Assembly: GCA_038064915.1 (NCBI GenBank)
Contig: JBBTSB010000006.1
Location: 4,864 to 68,863, forward strand
Source: Patescibacteria group bacterium
Lineage (GTDB): Bacteria; Patescibacteriota; Minisyncoccia; 2-02-FULL-40-12; IGHO2-01-FULL-4-A
Length of the DNA stretch: 64,000 nucleotides
Reading direction: 5' to 3'
The notes under the pieces are model-generated. The model saw only the letters and a list, made by a program, of their open reading frames with translations. It searched no databases and was not told the DNA's origin. Shown in pieces: positions 1 to 9,562 of the stretch. The stretch's first letter is position 1. The number at the start of each line of letters is the position of its first letter. The translations under genes were made by a program, and so were the position numbers.

Positions 1-863
1 CAGGATTTAGAAAGGTAGTAATTCTTTCAAATGGCACGACTTCATGGACAGTTCCCAGTGATTGGAATAATTCAGCCAATGTCGTCGAGGTAATTGGCGG
101 TGGTGGCGGTGCGGGAGACGGAGGTGGCGAGGGTACCGGGGGAGCGGGAGGCGGGGCATATGCTAGAAGTGTGAATATTGGACTCACTCGCGGTACCGTT
201 TTGAGTGCCCCAACGAATTTTGATATTGGAGACGCCGGGGTGGGGGGTGCGACGAATAACGCAAGCGGAACTAGTGGCGGTGATACTTGGTTTAATGCCT
301 CAAGTCTTGCGAATTGTGTGACGCTTACCAATACAATATGCGCCGCGGCCGAAGGTGGTAAACTAAGCGCGGGCAACGCTACAACTGCGGGTGCCGGTGG
401 CTTGGGTTCCAATAGTGTCGGGGTTACAACGTTTAATGGTGGCACTGGTGGTATTGGTACTGGCACAGGAGATCTGGGTGGTGGTGGTGGCGGAGGCGCT
501 GGTAAGTGGGGTATTGGAAATACGGGTGGAACTGGTGCCGGTGGCGGCGCCGGAGGGTCGGGTGATGCTGGTTATGGCGGTGCAGGAGGGACAGGGGGGA
601 CAACCAATGGAAACAATGGCGGAAATGGCGCAGAGTGGAGTAACGGTACAACCGCAGGTTCCGGCGGAGGAGGTGAAGGAGGCGCAGATACTGCCGCAGG
701 AGGGAACGGCGGCAACTATGGAGGAGGAGGAGGAGGAGGAGAGGGAAACGATGTGACAGACACCGGAGATGGCATCGGCGGTGTTATTGTCATTACCTAT
801 ATTCCTTCCGGGCATGTGGTACGAGGTGGAGTGAAGGTCCGTGGATTGGTAAGATTTCGATAA
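1..863 (+). CDS. Glycine-rich repeat protein, truncated at the 5' end by the window edge (Gly_rich / phage tail-fibre-like family)
   Basis: The ORF frame runs open from base 3. Translation begins ...SNGTTSWTVPSDWNNSANVVEVIGGGGGAGDGGG and is followed by about 200 aa of GGxG/GNGG repeats. The C-terminus is hydrophobic (VIVITYIP). Confidence 0.5.
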   Translation, partial: GFRKVVILSNGTTSWTVPSDWNNSANVVEVIGGGGGAGDGGGEGTGGAGGGAYARSVNIGLTRGTVLSAPTNFDIGDAGVGGATNNASGTSGGDTWFNASSLANCVTLTNTICAAAEGGKLSAGNATTAGAGGLGSNSVGVTTFNGGTGGIGTGTGDLGGGGGGGAGKWGIGNTGGTGAGGGAGGSGDAGYGGAGGTGGTTNGNNGGNGAEWSNGTTAGSGGGGEGGADTAAGGNGGNYGGGGGGGEGNDVTDTGDGIGGVIVITYIPSGHVVRGGVKVRGLVRFR

Positions 864-1483
864 TGATGAAAAAGTTATTGATCATTTTTGTTGTTTCTGT
901 TGCCACTGTCATTGGATATGTACTAGGCTCAATGCAAGCAGAAGAGCAGATTACGCCGGTGGGTACTACTCCAATGACTTCGATCACTACAGCTCCACAA
1001 ACGGGGGATACGAAGACGTTTGTATTTGACAGTTTTCATGGGAGCGCGGATATCAGTGACAAGTTTCGATTTCAGTATCCCGCGAATTGGTTCAATGATG
1101 GCCAGTATTTTAGCCCACATAAGATACAGTTCTATAATAAGCTTAATGTCAAAGCGCCGATATATTTTGATCTGGTCCAAGCTGATGTTTTTCACCTGAC
1201 GGAACTGCAATATCAAATCGACAATAGCAAAAAACGGAATCCTGATACGACAGGAATACTGGACGGCAAGAAGTTTACCAAATATGATTTGACTGATTAT
1301 GGATCGTATGGAGGTGATAGCGCGGGACGGGTCAAGATATTCGTCGGACCCAAGATTACTATCGATGGCGTTGAGTATGTACTAGTGTTTCATTGGGAGG
1401 AATTGCCGCTGGCAGAATATGTGCAAGGGAACACGGTAGAAGTATTTGATGCTATGATGTTAAGTCTACAGTTTTACCACTAG
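863..1483 (+). CDS. Hypothetical secreted/membrane-anchored protein
   Basis: 206-aa ORF. N-terminal signal/TM segment MMKKLLIIFVVSVATVIGYVLG. The start codon overlaps the upstream stop. Confidence 0.4.
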   Translation: MMKKLLIIFVVSVATVIGYVLGSMQAEEQITPVGTTPMTSITTAPQTGDTKTFVFDSFHGSADISDKFRFQYPANWFNDGQYFSPHKIQFYNKLNVKAPIYFDLVQADVFHLTELQYQIDNSKKRNPDTTGILDGKKFTKYDLTDYGSYGGDSAGRVKIFVGPKITIDGVEYVLVFHWEELPLAEYVQGNTVEVFDAMMLSLQFYH

Positions 1484-1491
1484 CTACGGAC

Positions 1492-1869
1492 ATGAAAAAA
1501 ACATTGATTATAAGCGGTTTACTGCTCCTCATCTTGATCCTAGCTGGGATAGGGTACTTCTGGTACCAGCATCGTGACTCATATATTGAAATTTCAAGGA
1601 CAAGTCCAACGCCAATGCCTGGAGGAGAAGATATCCGGGCATTGCTGGAGCGAGTAGGACAACTCATCGTATTGCCGACTGACGAGGAGCCGACGGTTGC
1701 CACCGTTACCGATCCGGACGTGCTGAAGGGTGAAGCATTTTTTGTAAATGCCAATAAGGGAGACAAGGTTATCATTTATGTAAAAGCCAAGCGAGCAATT
1801 CTCTATGATCCTGTACAACACAAGATTGTTGAGGTCGCGCCGTTCAATATGAATCCCACCCCTCAATAG
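1492..1869 (+). CDS. Hypothetical membrane-anchored protein
   Basis: 125-aa ORF. N-terminal TM segment LIISGLLLLILILAGIGYFWY. Confidence 0.4.
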   Translation: MKKTLIISGLLLLILILAGIGYFWYQHRDSYIEISRTSPTPMPGGEDIRALLERVGQLIVLPTDEEPTVATVTDPDVLKGEAFFVNANKGDKVIIYVKAKRAILYDPVQHKIVEVAPFNMNPTPQ

Positions 1870-1939
1870 ACGGTATGTCAATATTGCATATGAAGACAAA
1901 ACATAAGAAAATTAATACATAATTCAAGAGCATCGGTTC

Positions 1940-4354
1940 GTGATGCAATATCAGAACGCTATTACATCACTACCTGAGCTTCTATTTCGTATGGAGGAAC
2001 AATACTTGGAAGACGTAGGAAACAGTCAAGCCCGAGACGACGGTGGACAACCATTTCCATTGCGCAAGATACTTCGCTGGATTGTATATACGGCAGCCTT
2101 TTTGGTACCGTTGTTGTTTTTGCCATTTACCTCGGATGTGCTCGACTTCAACAAAGAAGTGCTCATCTATATTCTTGCCGGAGCTGGACTCGTTTTGTTT
2201 CTGGTGGATATGATCAAGGAGGGGACGCTGCGGTACCGTCCGAGTACGTTCACCTGGCCGCTGATCGGATTGCTCGTTGCAGGCATTATTTCCGTGGCCT
2301 TTTCAGTCAATCGGTATACGAGCATCTTTGGAGTAGGAAATAGTCACTCGTTCTCACTCATGAGTTTGCTTTCCCTGGCAGTTTTGTTTTTTCTGGCCTT
2401 GCAAGTCATGGAAGATCGCGGCCGCACTCTACGCAATGTTTTTGTCGGCTCACTATCACTCGCTCTTCTCATTGGCGCTTTTCAAATGCTCGGAATTCAT
2501 ATCTTTTCCGGCGAAGCGTTTAGCAAGTCGAGCTTCAACACGATCGGGTCACTCAATGCCCTTGGATTTCTCGCTGCACTTCTCCTTCCCGTGTTTCTGA
2601 TTTCTCCGGGACGGAGTATGGATTGGCGCACGATACTCCTTCAAATCCTTCGCGGTATTGGATTTGCGTCGGCATTGTTTATCTTGATTGTTTTGAATTG
2701 GACGTATATTTGGATTGTGGCGTTTATCGGTGTTCTCGCCTACATTGCGTTCTCTTCTTCCAGCGAGGTCATTCATCGAAAAATGGCGTTTTTCGCATTT
2801 CCCATGGCCATTATCATTCTTGGCATTCTGCTGATAGTGATCAAATTCAACTGGACTTCCATAAAGGCTGATTTTCCTGTTGAAGTTTCACCCACCCATC
2901 GAATTTCCTACAGCATCGCCGGGGATGCTTTGAAAGCCAGGCCTCTCGGGTACGGACTTGAAAACTTCTCAATAGGATACGATAAACTTCGTCCTGCCGC
3001 ATCGGTCAATAATCTGTTGTTTCAGGCTCGATTCACTGACGCAACATCCGAATTTGCGACCATGGCGGTTGAGGGTGGAATTCCTATGATCGTGGCTTTC
3101 TTGGTGTTTTTGCTTTTTCTGGTAAGGGTGTTGTGGAAAAACATAAAAAATAAATTTGGCGGTGATGCTGACCATGGAAAATTGTGGGCATCGGCATTTG
3201 CTGCGGCTGTGGTTTTCTTCCTGTATCCAATTCCGTTGACCATCCTGTTTGTCTTTTTGTTCCTCATCGCACTTGGAGAACTGTCTTCGAGTAACGATGC
3301 ATCGTCTGAAAAGGTATTCAACCTTGAAGATCGCAGTGTGTATTCGCTGTTGGGCTCGGTAGGATTCATCGTCGGATTGGTTGCCGTTCTTGCGGGTGGG
3401 TATTTCATGGTAAATAAGTATATCGCAAATGTGCAGGTGGCTCATGCCTCGCGGGCCAGCAATGCCAATGATGCTATTGCCAGCCTGGTGGAAAGTATCA
3501 ACAGTTACCCGCATGATGCACGAAGCTACCGTATTCTTTCCCAAGTGCTGATTACACAGATCGCCGATGATCTCAAAAAGGGTCCTGTTGGTGTTTCTCA
3601 AGCTGAATTCAATTCTCAACTCCAAAATCATATTGCTTCCGTCATCAACGTGGCGGTGCGTGGGACGGAAGTGGATCCGTCGGATTCTGAAAATTGGATG
3701 AATCGAGGCTTTATCTATCAGAATCTTATTACTCTCGTCAATGGTTCTGATGAAGCGGCAATTAATATGTACAATGAAACACTTGCTCGGAGCCCGGCAA
3801 ATGCTCTTGCGCGCGTGCGCATTGGCAATATTCACTTGACGCTCGCTGACACGGCTCGCAAAAACAACAATCGAGAGGCGATCGAGACTCATTTGAAAGC
3901 GGCTGAAGATGAATACAAGGCGGCAATCGGACTCTACAACAACTACGGACAGGCGCTCTACAATCTGGCCGCTGTTTACGATCGAAAAGGGGAATTACCC
4001 CAGGCCATCAAGCAGTTTGAGCGCCTTCAAGCGACGAGCCCTCGGGATCCCAGTATTCTGTTTCAGCTTGGTCTTTTGTACTACCGCAACAATCAAAAAG
4101 ATGCCGCGCTTCGCGCGTGGGAACAGGCTGTGCTTTCGTTCCCGAATTATTCCAACGCTCGCTGGTACCTATCACTCATTTACGAAGAGCGAGGAGACTT
4201 GAAGAGAGCGTTGGCCGAAGTTGAGGCGATTGAAAAGCTAAATCCCGACAATGAGCTGGTCATTGAACGTTTGGAAGTTCTCAATGCCGGCCTCAGGCAG
4301 ATTATTCCTCCGGAGGATGTCTTAGATCAGACTCCGCTGAACAATGAGCAGTAA
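1940..4354 (+). CDS. O-antigen ligase/polymerase-like polytopic membrane protein with C-terminal TPR repeats
   Basis: 804 aa. At least ten hydrophobic helices in the N-terminal two-thirds. The C-terminus carries TPR-like repeats (YNNYGQALYNLAAVYDRKGE..., NYSNARWYLSLIYEERGD). Confidence 0.55.
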   Translation: MMQYQNAITSLPELLFRMEEQYLEDVGNSQARDDGGQPFPLRKILRWIVYTAAFLVPLLFLPFTSDVLDFNKEVLIYILAGAGLVLFLVDMIKEGTLRYRPSTFTWPLIGLLVAGIISVAFSVNRYTSIFGVGNSHSFSLMSLLSLAVLFFLALQVMEDRGRTLRNVFVGSLSLALLIGAFQMLGIHIFSGEAFSKSSFNTIGSLNALGFLAALLLPVFLISPGRSMDWRTILLQILRGIGFASALFILIVLNWTYIWIVAFIGVLAYIAFSSSSEVIHRKMAFFAFPMAIIILGILLIVIKFNWTSIKADFPVEVSPTHRISYSIAGDALKARPLGYGLENFSIGYDKLRPAASVNNLLFQARFTDATSEFATMAVEGGIPMIVAFLVFLLFLVRVLWKNIKNKFGGDADHGKLWASAFAAAVVFFLYPIPLTILFVFLFLIALGELSSSNDASSEKVFNLEDRSVYSLLGSVGFIVGLVAVLAGGYFMVNKYIANVQVAHASRASNANDAIASLVESINSYPHDARSYRILSQVLITQIADDLKKGPVGVSQAEFNSQLQNHIASVINVAVRGTEVDPSDSENWMNRGFIYQNLITLVNGSDEAAINMYNETLARSPANALARVRIGNIHLTLADTARKNNNREAIETHLKAAEDEYKAAIGLYNNYGQALYNLAAVYDRKGELPQAIKQFERLQATSPRDPSILFQLGLLYYRNNQKDAALRAWEQAVLSFPNYSNARWYLSLIYEERGDLKRALAEVEAIEKLNPDNELVIERLEVLNAGLRQIIPPEDVLDQTPLNNEQ

Positions 4355-5084
4355 GTATTGGAACGTCGTACCGATTGCCGTGCTAGTACTGATGGGAGCT
4401 TATTACATCCGCTATCACCCGAGTTTTGTCTTCATTCCCAACGATGTTCAGGTTGTCATCCCGGAAGGGACCAATATCGCTGACATTGATCGTCTCATTT
4501 CCGAAGCAGGAGTGTGGCCGCAAGGCACACTCCTGAAATCGGAGTATCTCTCTCTTGAAGGTACGCTGTTCCCCGATACGTACAGGTTTGATCGTGGAAG
4601 CACCGCGGAGGATGTTATTACTCGTATGCAAGCGGTGAAACCGCTGAATTCCGGACTTAGCGGTTTCACCGCTAAGTCACTGATCATCGCTTCCATGCTG
4701 GAGAAAGAAGTGCAAATCGAATCTGACATGCGTATTGTCACTGGTATCATAGAAAAACGCCTGGCGGCCGGTATGCCTTTGCAACTAGATGCTACCGTTG
4801 CCTACGGTGCCTGTCTACCGAGGTTTAACCTTGGTGAATACTGCGACGTGAGCCAAGTCAATCTTGTTGATAACATCAAGCGTGATTCAGCATATAATAC
4901 GTATACGAGGCGGGGACTGCCTGTCGGGCCGATTTCCAACCCCGGGCTGAAAGCCCTGCGTGCCGCAGAAAACCCGCACGTGAGCGATTACTGGTATTAC
5001 TTGAGTAAGCCGGACGGAACCACGGTGTTTTCAAGAACCCTAGAGGAACATAACACAGCAAAATGGCGTTTCTTCCCACGATAG
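4344..5084 (+). CDS. mltG: Endolytic murein transglycosylase MltG (YceG family)
   Basis: N-terminal TM anchor. YceG-like motifs: ASMLEKE, YNTYTRRGLPVGPISNPG. Confidence 0.75.
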   Translation: MSSKYWNVVPIAVLVLMGAYYIRYHPSFVFIPNDVQVVIPEGTNIADIDRLISEAGVWPQGTLLKSEYLSLEGTLFPDTYRFDRGSTAEDVITRMQAVKPLNSGLSGFTAKSLIIASMLEKEVQIESDMRIVTGIIEKRLAAGMPLQLDATVAYGACLPRFNLGEYCDVSQVNLVDNIKRDSAYNTYTRRGLPVGPISNPGLKALRAAENPHVSDYWYYLSKPDGTTVFSRTLEEHNTAKWRFFPR

Positions 5085-5431
5085 AACCAGGACAAAATTT
5101 AGGCGAGTTCATCGCCGGTGTTTATAATCTTGCCATCGGTCTCGTGGGTCTTGCGGTATTTATCCAATTTATTCGAGCGGGTCTTACCTACTTGCTTGCC
5201 GCCGGCAATGCCGCCGAAGTCAACAAAGGCCGTGACATGATGCAAAACGCCATCCTCGGCGCGATCCTACTTCTCTCGTCATATCTGATTCTTAACGTCA
5301 TCAATCCTGATTTGGTGAATGTGAATTTGTTCAATCTTAATGAAATCAAACAGCAAATCCGAGGCACGCCAACAACGAGCAAAGCACCGAGCACGACATT
5401 TAATCCGGGAAATCAACCACCGCCCAATTGA
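5063..5431 (+). CDS. Small two-TM protein, TrbC/VirB2-like pilin candidate
   Basis: 122 aa. Two hydrophobic helices (LAIGLVGLAVFIQFI and AILGAILLLSSYLIL) separated by a short loop. The layout is typical of the TrbC/VirB2-like proteins common in CPR genomes. Confidence 0.3.
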   Translation: MAFLPTIEPGQNLGEFIAGVYNLAIGLVGLAVFIQFIRAGLTYLLAAGNAAEVNKGRDMMQNAILGAILLLSSYLILNVINPDLVNVNLFNLNEIKQQIRGTPTTSKAPSTTFNPGNQPPPN

Positions 5432-5543
5432 CGGACGTCTATATCTCTGCTAATATTCAATTACCGTAGACAGAGAGCAGCCAATAGGCAGAAGTCTCTC
5501 CGAGGGTCGATCACGGCCACAAGCCGTTTTTAGTTAGAAAAAT

Positions 5544-6014
5544 ATGAAAACAAAGGCTCAAAAACAAGACAGTCTTAAAGAAATCAAAGAAAAAGTGGCT
5601 CGTGCCAAGGTCACTATTTTTACTTCGTTTGCTCAAGCTGGAAGTAAAGGGCTGAACGTTTCCGGCATGAAAGAGCTCCGCAATAGTCTCCGTCCGCTTG
5701 ATGCTGAATACTCGGTTGAGAAAAAAACGATTTTTAGTCGTATTATTGAGCAAGAAATTCCCGGTTCTCTGGGCGTGACGTATGGCTACGGCGATCCGTA
5801 TGCTGTCGCGAAGGCGCTGTATCAATTTGCGAAGAAAAATCCCATCATGCAGCTTTTTGGAGGGCGGATGGGTGATACCGTACTTGACGAAGCAATGGTA
5901 AAAGAAATGGCATTGATGCCAAGCAAAGAAGTATTAATCGGTCGTCTCGTGGGCATGCTGTCGTATCCCATGAGAAGCTTAGCAGTCGTATTAAGTCAAA
6001 TAAAACATGAATAA
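5544..6014 (+). CDS. rplJ: 50S ribosomal protein L10
   Basis: 156 aa. L10-like sequence ([27 protein letters not shown]...). Sits immediately upstream of rplL. Confidence 0.85.
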   Translation: MKTKAQKQDSLKEIKEKVARAKVTIFTSFAQAGSKGLNVSGMKELRNSLRPLDAEYSVEKKTIFSRIIEQEIPGSLGVTYGYGDPYAVAKALYQFAKKNPIMQLFGGRMGDTVLDEAMVKEMALMPSKEVLIGRLVGMLSYPMRSLAVVLSQIKHE

Positions 6015-6378
6015 AGATGAATTTATCAAGCAAGTAGAAACTATGTCAGTTGCAGAACTGAATGAATTAGTGAAGGCGTTGGAAGAGAAGTTTGGCGTTT
6101 CCGCCGCTGCGATGTCAGCCGCACCCGCCTCCGCTGAAGCTTCGGCGGGCGAAGCCGCAGAAGCGAAAGATAGCTTCAATGTGTTGCTGAAGACCGCCGG
6201 TGACCAAAAGATCGCTGTCATCAAAGTTGTTCGTGAAGCAACTGGTAAGGGTTTGAAAGAATCCAAAGATCTTGTTGATGGCGCACCGAAGATGGTGAAG
6301 GAAGGCCTCAAGAAAGCAGAAGCGGATGAATTGAAAGCAAAGTTGGAAGCTGCGGGGGCTACAGTGGAATTGCAGTAA
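6007..6378 (+). CDS. rplL: 50S ribosomal protein L7/L12
   Basis: 123 aa. Ala-rich hinge, then the conserved C-terminal domain [55 protein letters not shown]. Confidence 0.9.
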   Translation: MNKDEFIKQVETMSVAELNELVKALEEKFGVSAAAMSAAPASAEASAGEAAEAKDSFNVLLKTAGDQKIAVIKVVREATGKGLKESKDLVDGAPKMVKEGLKKAEADELKAKLEAAGATVELQ

Positions 6379-6396
6379 GAGGAGTTACTAATATGC

Positions 6397-6430
6397 AAAA
6401 ACAACCCACGATTGGGTTGTTTTTGTTTTC
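6397..6430 (+). terminator. Rho-independent terminator after rplL
   Basis: Stem AAAAACAACCCA / TGGGTTGTTTTT with loop CGAT, followed by a T-rich tract. Confidence 0.7.
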
Positions 6431-6442
6431 CACAACTACACC

Positions 6443-6478
6443 GTTCTGACTATTACACGATCGTGGTACAATCAGAAC
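6443..6478. repeat. 36-bp nested-palindrome repeat, copy 1 (GTTCTGACTATTACACGATCGTGGTACAATCAGAAC), overlapping a -10 box
   Basis: Outer inverted repeat GTTCTGA...TCAGAAC. Central perfect palindrome ACGATCGT. TACAAT at 6467..6472 lies 6 nt before the ATG at 6479. A second copy is at 7003..7038. Confidence 0.55.
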
Positions 6479-7000
6479 ATGGGTGGATATCCAAGTTATG
6501 GGATTCTCAACGAACTGGCAGAGATGCTCTCGTATAAGCCCCTAAAAACTATTTTACGGGATTTGCTTTTCGATAAGGTTTCACAGCGCGATGGCATCAA
6601 TAAAACAACGTTCGCGCGCAAAATGTATGATCTACAAAAGGGAAACTTTGTCACTATTAAGGGAGATCAAGTCACGGTTACGAAGAAAGGGTGGCAGCGT
6701 ATTGATTTAGAACGGATTGATAAGCTTCAATGGGATGATAAAAAACAAGATGGGTTCTTCCGTTTGATCATTTTCGATATACCAGAAAAACGCCGCAGAG
6801 CGAGAGATATATTACGTGAAAAGCTTCGAGAATTTGAGTGCCATCAAATCCAGAAAAGCGTTTTTGTGACACCCTACCGCTGTGAAGAGGTGATGAATGA
6901 GCTGGTCAAATTGTTACACGTTGAACGACATGTTCATATCATAAAAGCGGTCCACCTTGGACACGACGATGCGAAAGTTCGAAAACATTTTCGTAAGTAA
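6479..7000 (+). CDS. PaaX-like protein: N-terminal winged-helix DNA-binding domain plus C-terminal Cas2/VapD-like domain
   Basis: 173 aa. The C-terminus FFRLIIFDIPEKRRRARDILREKLREFECHQIQKSVFV matches the Cas2 beta1-alpha1 signature (hydrophobic strand, D, KRRRx, Q.SVF). The N-terminus looks like a wHTH. Confidence 0.45.
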   Translation: MGGYPSYGILNELAEMLSYKPLKTILRDLLFDKVSQRDGINKTTFARKMYDLQKGNFVTIKGDQVTVTKKGWQRIDLERIDKLQWDDKKQDGFFRLIIFDIPEKRRRARDILREKLREFECHQIQKSVFVTPYRCEEVMNELVKLLHVERHVHIIKAVHLGHDDAKVRKHFRK

Positions 7001-7002
7001 TT

Positions 7003-7038
7003 ATTCTGACTATTAAACGATCGTTGTGTGGTCAGAAC
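7003..7038. repeat. 36-bp nested-palindrome repeat, copy 2 (ATTCTGACTATTAAACGATCGTTGTGTGGTCAGAAC)
   Basis: About 27 of 36 positions match copy 1. Same outer inverted repeat and the same central ACGATCGT. Lies between two convergent genes. Confidence 0.55.
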
Positions 7039-8804
7039 GAGAGTTGCCAGACTTTATAGTCTTTGGAGAGCAACCAAATACTACCGTCAGCAGAGACGGT
7101 AATGTCTTTGAGTTCGCCGATGTTATCGAGCTTGTAGGTGGTCTGGAGGGAGCCGTTGGTTTTGTCCAGGGCGTAGAGGCGTTTCGTGACGGGATTGGCA
7201 AGATAGATCAGTGTCGCATCTTTTGAGGTCACGATTTGGTTCTGTTCATTGACCGGAAGGCTGGGGTCAAATTCTGACTCTTTTTTTCCTTTGAAATATG
7301 TTTCCACTTTTCCACCGTTGGTCAATACGAAAAGGTTGCCGTCAACGGCGATAGACTGTGCCACGCCTTCAGGAGTTCCCCAATCGGAACGCTTTGTGCC
7401 ACCAGCCAACGCATCCGCATATTTATACAAGTTGTTACCCGCGAGTGTATACAAATTTCCTTCGTACAAGGTGGCATCCGTTGCAGTGACGGGATCTTGC
7501 AATGTGTACGTTTTGTCTTTGACCGTTAATACTTCGGATCTATTGTACACCACCGAAGGTGTGTTGTTTTCGAATGCCAGTACTATACCTGTAGCTTCTG
7601 CAGTGCCTACTTCTTTTGGCACGAGAGAACTGACGTGGTCAACGCTATCCATAGATTTTTCAAGTTCTTTTCTTAGTTCCGAGATTTTCTCGCTTTCGAA
7701 GGGCTGAATTTGAGCCAGTGTTTGTTGGATGAGCGAGCGAGCTTCCTGGGTGTCATTTTGAGCCAGCTTCGCATGGATAGACTTGAGATTTTCAGCTCCG
7801 TTAGCATAGGCCGCCTTGAGACCCTTCGCATCACCACCTGATCGTATCAGGACAATGCTAAGCAGGGGGATAAAAACCACGAGGGCAATGATGATAAATC
7901 CCTTGAATCGTGAGTGAATCGGCAGACGATCCATACTTTTAAGTTTACCAGCAACATTGGAAAGTGAGCTGATAACATTACCTTTTTTAGAGACAGAAAG
8001 CTCAGCAGCGATAACACGCGGCTTCTCAGAAACTTGAGCTGTGCGACCGCCTGATACGGAATCAGCGGTCGGACCGCCGGGTTGTGATGCCAGCGTTGCT
8101 GTCGCAGGTACATCCAAGGGAATTTCTTTGATTTGCTCAATCGCAATATGAACGCCGCAACAAGTAAAGGTATCAAGATGTTCCGCCAATTGGGAGATTT
8201 TTTCCAAAAACTGTTCCTGGGGTTCTTTCACGAGCATCGTTTGCAGCATTTTTTCACGAGAGGTGATGGGGCGAGCGGGGTAGTAAGCAAATAGTTTATC
8301 ACCCGGCTGGAGTTTTCCCGAGATAATGTTAGAAAACTGTTGTTCGTCTTCGGCAGATTTCTGGAAGAGGGCAATGTTATTGAGAACGTCTATGTGTTCC
8401 CCATTTCTGGCAAGACCGACCTTGAATTTTCCCAATTTTGAAATATAGAGTTGATCTCCGGCGATTGCAGCAAGACCCAGGTTGAGAGCAAAAGATTTGT
8501 TTTTAAAAAAATCCTGAAGGATTTCATTGAGTTTTTTCAGGGTGCCTTCAAACGATTTTTTGGGATCTTGGCTTTTGAGTGCCTGCTCGGAATAGTATTC
8601 GCGCTTTGCTAGCGATGAAACCAGACTGATCACATACCCAAGATCTTCCTCGTCGTATTTTACGTGCCCAATGAGGTATAGTGAGCCAAGAGTTTTTTCC
8701 TGCGTGGTGGTCCCGGAATACGAAAGAACATCAACATGGGTATTGACTTCATCGGTCTTATAGAGTAATTCTTTAACGACGGGTTTGAGAGTGATTTTTT
8801 CCAT
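7032..8804 (-). CDS. Hypothetical single-pass membrane protein: N-terminal cytoplasmic domain (possibly PP2C/SpoIIE-like) and C-terminal extracellular beta-propeller-like repeats
   Basis: 590 aa. Central TM segment FIIIALVVFIPLLSIVLI. The C-terminus has repeated DGNLFVLTNGGKV / YALDKTNG-type beta-strand motifs. Confidence 0.35.
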   Translation of the reverse strand: MEKITLKPVVKELLYKTDEVNTHVDVLSYSGTTTQEKTLGSLYLIGHVKYDEEDLGYVISLVSSLAKREYYSEQALKSQDPKKSFEGTLKKLNEILQDFFKNKSFALNLGLAAIAGDQLYISKLGKFKVGLARNGEHIDVLNNIALFQKSAEDEQQFSNIISGKLQPGDKLFAYYPARPITSREKMLQTMLVKEPQEQFLEKISQLAEHLDTFTCCGVHIAIEQIKEIPLDVPATATLASQPGGPTADSVSGGRTAQVSEKPRVIAAELSVSKKGNVISSLSNVAGKLKSMDRLPIHSRFKGFIIIALVVFIPLLSIVLIRSGGDAKGLKAAYANGAENLKSIHAKLAQNDTQEARSLIQQTLAQIQPFESEKISELRKELEKSMDSVDHVSSLVPKEVGTAEATGIVLAFENNTPSVVYNRSEVLTVKDKTYTLQDPVTATDATLYEGNLYTLAGNNLYKYADALAGGTKRSDWGTPEGVAQSIAVDGNLFVLTNGGKVETYFKGKKESEFDPSLPVNEQNQIVTSKDATLIYLANPVTKRLYALDKTNGSLQTTYKLDNIGELKDITVSADGSIWLLSKDYKVWQLSF

Positions 8805-8837
8805 TCGATAACCTCATTGTAGGTTTATTCTATCCAC

Positions 8838-9413
8838 ATGTCAAAACAGAGTCTAGAAGTGCTTTTTGAATCAAGAACACGGCTAAAAATCCTCAAATTT
8901 TTATTTCGAAATTTTCCCAAGTCGTACTCTTCTCGAGAAATTGTCGCGCACACGCAGGAAGATACGTCCGCAGTTCGGAAAGAATTGAAGCGTTTGATGG
9001 AAATAGGTCTGATCGAAAACAAAAAGACCGTCTATGGAATCAGCCCCGAATTCGAATATTTTACCGAGCTTCGTGATCTCATCATCAAATCTTCGCCTTC
9101 TGAAAAACGGGACCTCATTGAACGAATTCATAAACTTGGTAAAATCAGAGTGGCGATCATTTCGGGAATTTTCTTGGATAAAGAACTGAACGATCCGCTC
9201 GCTGTGGATTTATTTCTTGTGCATGACTATCTGGACAAGCGCAAGCTGACGCTATTTCTCAAGGCGATAGAGTCCGAGATTGGTACTGAAGTGCGATTTG
9301 CGGCGATGGATAAAGAAGAGTTCAAATATCGGCTCGCGATGTTTGACCGATTTGTCCGGGTCCTGCTAGAAGGTCCTCACGAAAAGCTGATAAATAAATT
9401 AGGGATTGAATAA
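8838..9413 (+). CDS. Hypothetical wHTH-type regulator-like protein
   Basis: 191 aa. N-terminal ArsR/MarR-like wHTH (RLKILKFLFRNFPKSYSSREIVAHTQEDTSAVRKELKRLMEIGLIE). Confidence 0.35.
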   Translation: MSKQSLEVLFESRTRLKILKFLFRNFPKSYSSREIVAHTQEDTSAVRKELKRLMEIGLIENKKTVYGISPEFEYFTELRDLIIKSSPSEKRDLIERIHKLGKIRVAIISGIFLDKELNDPLAVDLFLVHDYLDKRKLTLFLKAIESEIGTEVRFAAMDKEEFKYRLAMFDRFVRVLLEGPHEKLINKLGIE

Positions 9414-9422
9414 CGAAAATTT

Positions 9423-9497
9423 GGGCGCTTAGCTCAGCGGCAGAGCACTGTCCTCACACGACAGGGGCCACTGGTTCGATCCCAGTAGCGCCCACCA
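9423..9497 (+). tRNA. tRNA-Val (anticodon CAC), CCA encoded
   Basis: Hand-folded cloverleaf: acceptor GGGCGCT/AGCGCCC, D-arm GCTC..GAGC, anticodon stem CTGTC/GACAG with loop CTCACAC, T-arm ACTGG TTCGATC CCAGT, then CCA. Confidence 0.85.
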
Positions 9498-9562
9498 AAC
9501 TACGAGGCCCCGGCGCTGTGAAGCGTCCGGGGCCCGCACGTTGTGCGTGGGAACTGGCCCTC

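Noticed and set aside
363-815. Antisense and alternative-frame ORFs inside the glycine-rich gene (363..815 -, 391..756 +, 433..651 -)
   Set aside because: Artefacts of the GGN-rich repetitive codons. They have no independent start context, and the plus frame continuing from the window edge is the coherent reading.
2969-3892. 307-aa minus-strand ORF antisense to the 804-aa membrane protein gene
   Set aside because: Completely embedded antisense in a well-supported CDS. Low-complexity, basic translation. No RBS.
5432-5543. rplJ leader as an L10(L12)4 autoregulatory RNA structure
   Set aside because: Plausible by position, but I could not identify the conserved kink-turn/L10-binding motif by eye, so it is not reported as a feature.
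6443-7038. Possible CRISPR array, given the Cas2-like gene and repeated 36-bp units
   Set aside because: Only two repeat copies, about 560 bp apart, with a full gene between them. No regularly spaced repeat-spacer structure anywhere in the window, and no cas1.
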